NCBI GenBank assembly: GCA_018670085.1
Contig: JABHRS010000036.1
Coordinates: forward strand, 682 to 64,681
Direction of reading: 5' to 3'
Source of the DNA: an archaeon
GTDB taxonomy: Archaea > Nanobdellota > Nanobdellia > Woesearchaeales > GW2011-AR9
Length of the DNA stretch: 64,000 bases
A model generated the notes under the pieces. That model saw nothing but the letters and a program-made list of their open reading frames with translations, searched no databases and was not told the DNA's origin. Below, piece after piece: positions 46,775-55,436 of the stretch; position 1 is the stretch's first letter; each line of letters begins with the position of its first letter. Both the position numbers and the translations under genes were made by a program.

Positions 46775-47899
46775 TCAAGCAACATACCTTTTATCAGCAA
46801 GTCCGCCCCAATCAACCAGTAGCATTGATCCAGCTCTCTCAAAAGAAACTCGATCAATTTCTGAAATAAAATCTCCTGCAACTTGAAGTGCTTCCAAATT
46901 AGAATATTCAACAACAACTTTCCCACCTTCTCCAACTAAATATTCATCAAAATATTCTCCAGTGTTGTATTTGTTCATTAAAAGAGCTGGTGTTTTGTTC
47001 ATCAAATGTCCTATTACCTTTAATTTTGGTCCAGACAGAATTCTAATTTGCATTGGATTTTTTGGCCTTCCTTGAGATTTAATATCTAAATGAGGAAACG
47101 CATCAATATCAAACCCTACTTTTTTCACAGTTCCGGCTAAAACAGTGTGTAAATTTGATTGTGGTCCTTGGTAAAGAATTTCATTTGCTCTAAGAAGTTT
47201 TTCTACTCCTTCGTGCTGAGTTATAACTTGACGAATATCTCCATACCCACTAATTTTAACTCCACCCATTGGTGGATTAATTATTGTGCCAAGTTCACGC
47301 CAAACTGTGGTTCCAAAAACACTTCGCAAATATCCAACCAGTCCTCTTGCAAGGGGACTATACTTTCCTCTACAAACTTTTTCAAAGTCTTGCAAAATTC
47401 CTGCATCCATTCCAACGCCAGCAGTTGTGTAAAACATTAATTTTTCTTCTTTGCTAATTTTTTCGCGATATTCAGCACGTACCAGGGTGAATGGTTTAAC
47501 TGGCAGGGCATCAATTCCTTCGAGTTTGTAAGCTGCGAGTAATGTTTCCAGCGGATTTTCTAATTTTTCAATTCCAATTGAACTTTTAAGAAGGTTACCT
47601 GTTCCATTTGTGAGTATTGCAATTTTTGGCACTTCAATTCCTGAACTTTCTGAATAAGTGGTCGCTTCGTTTACAATCCCTGCTGTGGTTCCATCTCCAC
47701 CAACTGCAACAATTACCTTTGCTCCACCATCCATACAACGTCTAACTCTTTGTTTCATCCCAATTAGTGAGTGAGTTGCGTATACTTGGGCTGGGTGGTT
47801 TGCACAAAGTTCTTCAGCCTCAGCTGCCACTTTTTGATTCCCAGATCCTGCAAATGGATTCACAATCACTGAGATTGTATTTTCTAAATTATAATTCAT
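46775..47899 (-). CDS. DAGK-catalytic-domain lipid kinase family protein
   Basis: VIVAVGGDGTTAGIVNE (GGDGT motif) and an N-terminal IVNPFAGSG. Confidence 0.7.
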   Translation of the reverse strand: MNYNLENTISVIVNPFAGSGNQKVAAEAEELCANHPAQVYATHSLIGMKQRVRRCMDGGAKVIVAVGGDGTTAGIVNEATTYSESSGIEVPKIAILTNGTGNLLKSSIGIEKLENPLETLLAAYKLEGIDALPVKPFTLVRAEYREKISKEEKLMFYTTAGVGMDAGILQDFEKVCRGKYSPLARGLVGYLRSVFGTTVWRELGTIINPPMGGVKISGYGDIRQVITQHEGVEKLLRANEILYQGPQSNLHTVLAGTVKKVGFDIDAFPHLDIKSQGRPKNPMQIRILSGPKLKVIGHLMNKTPALLMNKYNTGEYFDEYLVGEGGKVVVEYSNLEALQVAGDFISEIDRVSFERAGSMLLVDWGGLADKRYVA

Positions 47900-48022
47900 A
47901 ACTTATCTTCAGATTCGCGTATTCTTAAGTATTTAGCAACTAAAATGCCAGAAACTAATGATCATAAAAAGAAAATAGAAAGAAATAACAAAAGAAAAAA
48001 TCAATCAAAAAAGCAAGTAAAT

Positions 48023-48430
48023 TTACTCAACAAGTACACTTCCTTGCATACTTGGATGAATGCTACAGAAGTATCTAGCTTCTCCTAATTCTTCAAAAGT
48101 ATAGACAACAGATGCTCCAGCTGGAACTACTACATCAAAACGAGCATCTTCAAAAGTTACAGTATGGCTAACTGAATCTAAATTCACCCATTCAACTGTG
48201 TCTCCAATCAAAATTGAGATATCACTTGGGTTGAATTGCATGTTCTCAATCACAATTTCTCGACTAGTACTTCTCTCGACATTAGAAGATTCAGTGTTAA
48301 GTTCAATCTCTTCAACTTCAGCGATTGCCTCAGCTTCAACAGATCCAGTAGAATCGGTTTCTCCAAAGCATCCTGTGATCATAACAGATACTAAGAAAAT
48401 AAAAAAAATAAAAAATAATTTATTGTTCAT
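48023..48430 (-). CDS. Cupredoxin (plastocyanin/amicyanin-like type 1 copper protein) with a lipobox signal peptide
   Basis: Signal peptide ends in MITGC. Copper ligands are SHTV...CSIHPSM (His, Cys-x2-His-x2-Met). Confidence 0.75.
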   Translation of the reverse strand: MNNKLFFIFFIFLVSVMITGCFGETDSTGSVEAEAIAEVEEIELNTESSNVERSTSREIVIENMQFNPSDISILIGDTVEWVNLDSVSHTVTFEDARFDVVVPAGASVVYTFEELGEARYFCSIHPSMQGSVLVE

Positions 48431-48439
48431 TGTTTCACC

Positions 48440-48766
48440 TCAAAACTTTAAGTTTTTAGCAAATGATCCAATTAGTGGTAATTCTTTTTTTGCTCCTTGT
48501 GCAGCTTTCACGATTCCCATGATCCAAAGAACAAAGATTCCAATACGTAGGACTGCAAGTGCGATCCACCCAATTACTGGGATAAATACTAGGATCCATC
48601 CAGCAACTGAAACTGCAATTGATGCGATAATTAACACTAATGATTGTTTAACATGAAATTTAACAAATGCATTTTTCTTAACTTTTTCATCTAATAACCA
48701 CCATAGAATTCCTACTAAAAAGTAAGATAGTACTGCTGGTGCTTTTCCATTATTTACTTCTGACAT
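48440..48766 (-). CDS. DUF4870-type small membrane protein
   Basis: VKFHVKQSLVL motif and three TM helices. Confidence 0.6.
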   Translation of the reverse strand: MSEVNNGKAPAVLSYFLVGILWWLLDEKVKKNAFVKFHVKQSLVLIIASIAVSVAGWILVFIPVIGWIALAVLRIGIFVLWIMGIVKAAQGAKKELPLIGSFAKNLKF

Positions 48767-48881
48767 TTTATTTATCCCCCAAAATTGAGCTTTTTTAATA
48801 TTTGATTTTATGTTGAATTAAATCTGATATTTGTCTATGTCTATTAATTAGTTTATAACTATTACTCTTTTTTTCACAAAT

Positions 48882-49667
48882 TCAAGCAAAAATCTTCTTC
48901 CAATCATCTTTGTACTGACGAAACAAGAAGTATCCAGCAACTAATACCATAATCAAACTCATCCACTGACCAAGTGATAAAGCAAAGTACAATTCATCAT
49001 ATCGCCAAAAATCAACAATAAATCTTCCAAGCCCTTCAAAAAACATAAAATTCCAAAATATAAACCCTGCACTAAATCCTGATGTCACTTGCCGCATACT
49101 CAGAACGTACAACCATCCTGCAACCAAAAATCTTTTACCGGCTGCGTACAAAGTACTAGGGTGCCTACACTCCGATGCATCATAACCTGGAAATACCACG
49201 CACCAACTTCCATCAAATAATCTGCCTGCGAGTTCTCCATTCATAAAGTTTGCAACCCGACCAAGTCCCAGTGCCAGTAAACTTGGAAAACTCATCAAAT
49301 CAGCAATCTGTAAGAAACTAACTTTCTTTCGACGACAAAACAACCATCCTCCAATCATTATTCCTACAAATCCACCATGAAAGCTCATTCCACCTTTCCA
49401 AACATAAAGTAATTCCAGCGGGTGTAATAGATAAATTCCTGGTTGCCAGATGATCATGAATAATCTTGCTCCAACTAAAACTCCAACTAATGCATAGAAT
49501 ACAAAATCCCATACATCATCATTACTTAATTCTAAGAATCCATTTTTTTGCCAGTAAAGCAGCCACCATAAAGAAAATAATGCTCCAAACACGTATGCCA
49601 GGCCATACCAACGTATTTCAAATGGTCCAAGTGATAATAAAACTGGGTTTAAGTTGTGTATCCACAT
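48882..49667 (-). CDS. lgt: Prolipoprotein diacylglyceryl transferase homologue
   Basis: LGPFEIRWYGLAYVFG, GGMSFHGGFVG, LGRVANFMNGELAGR and CRHPSTLY match the conserved Lgt blocks (Y-G, HGG, GR..NF.NGEL.G, HP..LYE). Confidence 0.8.
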   Translation of the reverse strand: MWIHNLNPVLLSLGPFEIRWYGLAYVFGALFSLWWLLYWQKNGFLELSNDDVWDFVFYALVGVLVGARLFMIIWQPGIYLLHPLELLYVWKGGMSFHGGFVGIMIGGWLFCRRKKVSFLQIADLMSFPSLLALGLGRVANFMNGELAGRLFDGSWCVVFPGYDASECRHPSTLYAAGKRFLVAGWLYVLSMRQVTSGFSAGFIFWNFMFFEGLGRFIVDFWRYDELYFALSLGQWMSLIMVLVAGYFLFRQYKDDWKKIFA

Positions 49668-49752
49668 AAAATTACTAAATAAAGTTGACTTGTTAAAGTT
49701 TACGGCAACTCTACTAGAAAACTAATTAAAGCAACCCCAATATTCAAGGGAC

Positions 49753-50490
49753 ATGGCATCATTTTGGGTACATGTAAACGACGTAATAGAAAAGGCAGAT
49801 ATTGTAATTGAAGTACTTGATGCTAGGATGATCAAGGAAACTCGGAACATTGAAGTTGAGCATAAGGTTCGTGAAGCAAAAAAAATTCTACTTTATTGTA
49901 TTAACAAAAGTGATTTAGTTGGTAAAGAAAAAACTCAAAAGTTATCTCACTTCCTAAAACCTGGTGTCTTTATTTCTAGTAGAGATAAATTAGGTACTAC
50001 TATTCTAAAAAAGAAAATTTTGGAACTTTCTCATGGAAAACCTTGTGTTGTGGGTGTTTTGGGTTACCCTAATGTTGGTAAATCAAGTGTTATTAATGCA
50101 CTTTCAGGTAGGGGTGCTGCAAGAACTAGTAGTCAAAGTGGTTTTACTAAAGGTTTGCAAAAAGTAAAAGTCGACAACAAAATCATGTTAATTGATACTC
50201 CTGGTGTTTTCCCATATGGGGAGAAAGATGCCTTCAAACACACTTTAACTGGATCAATTGATGCTGCACAATTACGAGACCCCGAACAAATGGCGCTTAG
50301 GTTCATTGAACAAAAAATGGATATTGTCAAAGCGCATTATGATCTTCCAGATGAAATGGATGACCTTGACGATATTTTAGAAGAAATTGCAATTAAACTC
50401 AAACTTTTTAACACTGGTAAGACTCCAGATATTGTTCGAGCATCCCGTAGACTTCTGCAAGATTGGCAAATGGGTAAACTAAGAGAATAA
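49753..50490 (+). CDS. Circularly permuted GTPase (YlqF/YawG family, ribosome biogenesis type)
   Basis: The G4 motif NKSDL precedes G1 (GYPNVGKSS) and G3 (DTPG). Confidence 0.8.
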   Translation: MASFWVHVNDVIEKADIVIEVLDARMIKETRNIEVEHKVREAKKILLYCINKSDLVGKEKTQKLSHFLKPGVFISSRDKLGTTILKKKILELSHGKPCVVGVLGYPNVGKSSVINALSGRGAARTSSQSGFTKGLQKVKVDNKIMLIDTPGVFPYGEKDAFKHTLTGSIDAAQLRDPEQMALRFIEQKMDIVKAHYDLPDEMDDLDDILEEIAIKLKLFNTGKTPDIVRASRRLLQDWQMGKLRE

Positions 50491-50710
50491 TTCTATCTAT
50501 TATAAGCATGATTATCTTTTTCTCTGTGTCCAAACAACGCCTGCAATCCTCTTGAAAACCATCCAGGAGCCCCAGCTCCATGTTTTCTCTGATTTTGAAC
50601 TGCAGCTAGTGCATTGTTAATTTTAGTCTGCTACTCCGCAGATAGGTAATATGAAATATTCGGATTCAATACTCTGTTTTGAGAGCTTCTTTGACTGTGT
50701 CCTTCGGAGA

Positions 50711-50944
50711 TCAAAGTTGCAATTGCCACTTTAGAGGCATTTGTGATCTTTCATAATCTGAACCTAGGATAAAATAACTAGTTGGGACTAATTCTTCTTT
50801 GAGCGCTTTAATTATGTCTTTAACCAACGGCAACAAATAAATTGATTTTCTGTCTTTACTAGTTATCAAATAAAAATCTGGGTTAGAATAAACATCTCCA
50901 TCTAATTTACTATTGTTGTGAATATGAAAATCATGTACCATCAA
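50711..50944 (-). pseudogene. Possible remnant of a PHP-domain protein
   Basis: The N-terminus VHDFHIHNNSKLDG resembles PHP motif I (D-x-H-x-H...S-x-DG), but the ORF stops after 77 aa. The 200 nt downstream carry only broken frames. Confidence 0.3.
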
Positions 50945-50974
50945 TAATAACCTTCTCTTCCACTCTTTTAAACT

Positions 50975-53317
50975 TTACTTTTTCTTCTCATACTTAGCAG
51001 CAAGCACTTCACGAATCCGACTAACAATTGTTTTTCCAACTCCTGAAACTTCTAATAACTCTTTCTCACTTGCCTGTACAATTTTCTCAACTGATCCAAA
51101 ATGCAGTAGTAATTTCTGTGCAACCGATGGGCCAACAGATGGAAAACTATTAACAATAAATTCCTGCTGATTTCGAACACCTTGTGGTTTACTTGAATGT
51201 AAACTAGCAACCCTCCCACTTGATTGTTGTTCTCTTTTTGCCATCACAGCTAAGAGTGCAGCAGTATCGTTGGCATCTTTGGTATAAAGCACTGGTACGC
51301 CAAATCCAAGTACAATTGATGCCAGTGCCCCGCGAATTGCGTTTGGGTGTACTCGCCGAACAGAATATATATCTTCTTCACCTTCAACAATTAATACTGA
51401 TTTTTCAAATTTAGAACGCAGCTCCTTAACTTGTCCAAGTAATCGGCCATCAAGCATACTTGAAACAAAGTCATCTACTTTTTTAAGTTCGACAGCCACT
51501 TTTCCAGCCACCACATAATCTGCAGATTCCAATTGTGCAAGTCTAACTTTTATTCCCATCTCAATCAATTCTTTCACAATTGTATTTCCTTTCTCACGAT
51601 GGTCACAAACTATCGTAACTACTTCCTTTGCTGGATCAACAAACTGTGATAATTTAGAATTATGGCGTACATCGCTAATTTGTTTTCCAGCTACAACTCG
51701 CCTGCTGCTGCTTTTAATCTCATTTAACGCATTTCCTGTGGAACTACTAGTATTTGACCCCTTCATTTCCGATGGAGATTTAACCTTTTTATCCTCTAAA
51801 GACACAACTAATTTTCCTTTCATTCGCTTAAGTTCGTCCAAATGTCTGTACATTCGTTTTTCTTTGTGAAATGCAGCCCACTTGTATGCTTCATCGCGAG
51901 TTCCTTTGGTAACAAGAACTGTCACTTCTCCTTTTTCACTACGGCCAGTTCTACCTCTCCTTTGAATTGATGCAATTGCACTTGGAGTTGGTTCATAAAA
52001 TATTACTTTATTCACTCTTGGGATATCTAGTCCTTCTTCTGCAACTGAAGTTGCAACTAGCACATTGAACTCGCCATTTCGAAATCTGTCCAGTACTTGT
52101 TTCTGGATTTTTTGGGTCATCCCGATCCCTTTTTTCTTTGTTTGTCCAACAAAAATTTGGGCGTTGACTTTTTGTTTTTCAAGTGCCTGTACAATTTGTG
52201 CTGCAGTATCTCGAAATTGACTGAACACCAATATCTTACGATTAGAATCTAATGAAATCTCCTTTTGAACCATTTCAATTAATCTTGGTAGTTTTGGATG
52301 TACAATCCCTTCTTCAACTAATTGTTCAGAGCTGTATAATGCTGATTTAAAATTTTCATCTCGAACTAAGTTTTTTACTGCTTTTACTTTTGATTTTCCA
52401 GAACTACTTTGCAACTCTTGTAAATAATCATTACAAACCTTCACTCCTTGGCATTCTAATAATCCTACTGCATGTTCTATTTTCATAGCTTCTGCAAGTA
52501 GGGATAGGGATTTCATAACTTCAAAATTTCCTCTGTCCTTCCCAAGTTCTCTTTGTAACTCACGTTGCAATTTCAGTAATTGTGACTTGGTCAAGTTTTC
52601 TTTATTCAAGTACCCAAGTAAACAAATAGCTTTTAGTTTTGATTTGTAACAATTTTTCATCATTGAATGCAGTGCCTTAAACTGCTCTGGAAATTCTAAA
52701 TAGATCCATTCATGGTCAGTATCTTGGATGTAGTGTTTTACATCGTGATCATTATCAGTCCTAACTTCTATCTCTTCAATGGATAAATTCTGGCAGACTT
52801 CTTGGATTTTCTCCATTTCTGAGCCAGGTGATGCTGTTAACGCTAAAACGTGTGAGCTATTTGCAAGTTTTGCATATTGTTTTGCCAGCCAGACATAGCT
52901 GTATTCTCCTGTTGCGTGGTGTGCTTCATCAAAAACAACCAAGCTCACATCTTTAAAGCAGATTCTTTCATTGATTAAATCATTCTCTAACCCTTGCGGC
53001 GTACTTATCACAATCTTTGCATTTTTCCACATCTCTTCACGTTTACTTGGTTTAACTGATCCTGTAAACAATACTATTTTCTCGTCTTTAATATCTAAAT
53101 GTGTTTGAAAACTGCGTTGATGTTGCTCGCAAAGAGGTTTAGTTGGTGCTAGGAGCAGTATTTTTGATTCTGGGTGTTTATTTAGCCTAACTACACTCAT
53201 CATTATTGCAAGAGCCGTTTTTCCAAGTCCGGTTGGCAATACTACTAGGGTATTTTTTGTAGCGCAAGTTGCCAGAATTGTTTGTTGGTAAATCCTTGGT
53301 GTTAGATTTTTTAGCAT
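50975..53317 (-). CDS. hef: Hef: DEAH-type helicase fused to an ERCC4/XPF nuclease and an HhH2 domain
   Basis: LPTGLGKT (motif I), DEAHH (motif II), LTASP, QRRGRTGR (motif VI). ERCC4 block CDHRE...ADYVV...VELKKVDD. C-terminal HhH (FGSVEKIVQASEKELLEVSGVGKTI). Confidence 0.85.
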   Translation of the reverse strand: MLKNLTPRIYQQTILATCATKNTLVVLPTGLGKTALAIMMSVVRLNKHPESKILLLAPTKPLCEQHQRSFQTHLDIKDEKIVLFTGSVKPSKREEMWKNAKIVISTPQGLENDLINERICFKDVSLVVFDEAHHATGEYSYVWLAKQYAKLANSSHVLALTASPGSEMEKIQEVCQNLSIEEIEVRTDNDHDVKHYIQDTDHEWIYLEFPEQFKALHSMMKNCYKSKLKAICLLGYLNKENLTKSQLLKLQRELQRELGKDRGNFEVMKSLSLLAEAMKIEHAVGLLECQGVKVCNDYLQELQSSSGKSKVKAVKNLVRDENFKSALYSSEQLVEEGIVHPKLPRLIEMVQKEISLDSNRKILVFSQFRDTAAQIVQALEKQKVNAQIFVGQTKKKGIGMTQKIQKQVLDRFRNGEFNVLVATSVAEEGLDIPRVNKVIFYEPTPSAIASIQRRGRTGRSEKGEVTVLVTKGTRDEAYKWAAFHKEKRMYRHLDELKRMKGKLVVSLEDKKVKSPSEMKGSNTSSSTGNALNEIKSSSRRVVAGKQISDVRHNSKLSQFVDPAKEVVTIVCDHREKGNTIVKELIEMGIKVRLAQLESADYVVAGKVAVELKKVDDFVSSMLDGRLLGQVKELRSKFEKSVLIVEGEEDIYSVRRVHPNAIRGALASIVLGFGVPVLYTKDANDTAALLAVMAKREQQSSGRVASLHSSKPQGVRNQQEFIVNSFPSVGPSVAQKLLLHFGSVEKIVQASEKELLEVSGVGKTIVSRIREVLAAKYEKKK

Positions 53318-53333
53318 GTGTTTATGTTCGAAT

Positions 53334-53346
53334 CTTTAATTAAAAA
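53334..53346 (-). promoter_or_regulatory. TATA-like box of hef
   Basis: On the minus strand, TTTTTAATTAAAG starts 29 nt upstream of the ATG at 53317. Confidence 0.4.
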
Positions 53347-53358
53347 CCTTTAGTGCGT

Positions 53359-53408
53359 GTGACCAGTGGGTAGTGGCCTATGTAATAGGCCAATACTGAT
53401 AAGAATTC
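53359..53408 (-). repeat. Third copy of the hairpin element seen upstream of hjc
   Basis: The minus strand reads GAATTCTTATCAGTATTGGCCTATtacATAGGCCACTACCCACTGGTCAC. The last 19 nt are identical to 10348-10366, and the stem sequence differs from the hjc copies. Confidence 0.75.
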
Positions 53409-53657
53409 CTCTTTCATAATTAATCTGTTCTACTCAACCAGACCTAATCTAACATACACTTTCTATCGAATGAAAGGTTAAAAACCTCACATCTTGGACA
53501 TCTCTATAAAAATAATCTGTTTGGTTTTTTGACATCTCAGTACTAGTTTGTCACTACTATAAACTAACAATAGTTCGAAAGATTTAAATAAGGGTGTCTA
53601 CTTGAGCGTAGTAATCTAGTAAAATCGCTAGATATTATTATCAAAAATAAACTATAC

Positions 53658-55400
53658 ATGGGGAACTTTATAATGAAAAGATATTTATCCAGAGAGGAAA
53701 AAGCTACTGAATTTGATTCAAGTGAACCTAGGTTTATTGATCAAACTAGAACCCAACATAATGCGAATCCTGGAAATGGAATTGACCTTTCAAATTATGA
53801 AATTTCTGATCTTTTAGGTTCTAGCCATATTGGTGCTAGTAATCCTACATTAGAGTTAGCTAACTTATCTACCCATGCAGACAACGCAATTTTAATGCAG
53901 AGATTATTGAATGATTTTGGAAATTATAAAGGAGATTTATCTGCAGAGCAGGTTTTAGACTCCATGGTTGCACATCGAATTACAAGAGATGGAGACATGT
54001 TTAAACTAGGTGCTTCAACTTATTCTCCAATCGGATTAGCTGATATTCTAAGTGAACAATTTGATAGACGTGTTTCAGATAAAGTTCCATCAAACTTAGC
54101 AAATCATGTTAACCAAGTATTTCAAGCTATTACTTCACCAACTGATCTGCCAACAGCAGATGGCCCTATGACTGCTGGTAAAGTTTACCACGAATTAAAG
54201 AAAGTAGGAGTTAGCTTAAACGAAGAAGGCGAATGGCATCTTCATCGTGATATTAATGTTTTAAAAAGTGATGATCCAAGTGATTTAGCTTGTTATCGTG
54301 CAATTAAAGTTGATGATAAACTTTTTGCAGGTAAATTATCTACTAGAGTTGTTTCAGATTTAGCTAAATTATTAATCACTCCTAGTCCTAGTGGTGGTTC
54401 AAGAGTTGAATTTCTTGGCGAACAAGTTTACGGAATAAATCCATCTCCTGTTGTTGCAGAAGAGCTTCCTGCAAAACTTGGTTTTTTTAGTCAGGCTAGG
54501 GCAGACTTTGGAAGTGGTTTTAGATTAGCTAGAGCATATGTTGGAGAAAGTGTAGCAAATTCCAGATTAGCATATCTAGCTCCAAGTTCAATTGTAGAAG
54601 GTTATGGATTACTTATTGATCGTGCTAGCAAAAGAGTAGCAAATTCCAGATTAGCAAATTTCTCTCCTAAAAAACTTGCAGATGCTTTTGGAAACAGAAT
54701 AATTGAAAGCACTGAAGATTTATCTGGTAAGAAAGTTGCAGCAGCTTTAGTAGGTGTTTGTGCGTTATCTTTCGGATTAGAATATGCTAGAACTCATGAT
54801 CTAGGTGCTGAATTATCAGGCGCTGTCGCAACTGCAGGAGATGGTGTAGTTGATGTTGTCTCATTTTTAGGTACTGAAGCAATTAGTGGTGCTTCATATG
54901 TATTTGGCGAGGCAACTGAACTTTATGGTAAGGGAGTAGAACTTTACGATACTCAATTTGGCGATGAAGATACAACTCCAGTTGTTATGACACCAATTGA
55001 GATTCCTGAACCAGCTGCAAATTATGAACCAGCTGTTGTAACCATTGAACCAGTTGACTTAAGTCCAGATTACGGTGCAAACTTTATTGCAGCAACAACT
55101 GTGGCTGATGTAAAATCAAACATTGATTCTTTTGTAATTAATGAAGGATACAGTACTATCAGAGATAATGGTGTTAGAACTAACCGTGCAGACCAAGGAT
55201 TTACTCATTGTATTAAAAATCCACATGAAAATGCTGAAGGATTACTAAATATGATGACTATCACTGGAACCGGTTTAAACGGAAATCAATGGAGTTCAAC
55301 TCTAAATCGAATGGAAGGTGTAACCTACGTTGGCGCAGCACCAATTGGTGGAGAATCATATTGGGGCGGAGATCAAGTCTGCGTTACTAAATTAGAATAA
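53658..55400 (+). CDS. Bitopic membrane protein of unknown function
   Basis: No signal peptide. A single TM segment (VAAALVGVCALSFGL) lies about 365 aa in. Internal duplication: VANSRLAYLAPSSIVEGYG and VANSRLANFSPKKLADAFG. Confidence 0.6.
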   Translation: MGNFIMKRYLSREEKATEFDSSEPRFIDQTRTQHNANPGNGIDLSNYEISDLLGSSHIGASNPTLELANLSTHADNAILMQRLLNDFGNYKGDLSAEQVLDSMVAHRITRDGDMFKLGASTYSPIGLADILSEQFDRRVSDKVPSNLANHVNQVFQAITSPTDLPTADGPMTAGKVYHELKKVGVSLNEEGEWHLHRDINVLKSDDPSDLACYRAIKVDDKLFAGKLSTRVVSDLAKLLITPSPSGGSRVEFLGEQVYGINPSPVVAEELPAKLGFFSQARADFGSGFRLARAYVGESVANSRLAYLAPSSIVEGYGLLIDRASKRVANSRLANFSPKKLADAFGNRIIESTEDLSGKKVAAALVGVCALSFGLEYARTHDLGAELSGAVATAGDGVVDVVSFLGTEAISGASYVFGEATELYGKGVELYDTQFGDEDTTPVVMTPIEIPEPAANYEPAVVTIEPVDLSPDYGANFIAATTVADVKSNIDSFVINEGYSTIRDNGVRTNRADQGFTHCIKNPHENAEGLLNMMTITGTGLNGNQWSSTLNRMEGVTYVGAAPIGGESYWGGDQVCVTKLE

Positions 55401-55436
55401 TAATAACTGAAAATATACAATAAGGAGATACAAACA

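Noticed and set aside
50506-50710. Minus-strand reading frame with an in-frame TAG (…YYLSAE-TAG-QTKINNALAAVQNQRKHGAGAPGWF…), considered as pyrrolysine or readthrough
   Set aside because: The frame has no start codon. It is out of frame with the upstream 77-aa ORF. No pyl genes are present, and TAG is used as a normal stop elsewhere in the window. It is more likely decayed pseudogene sequence.
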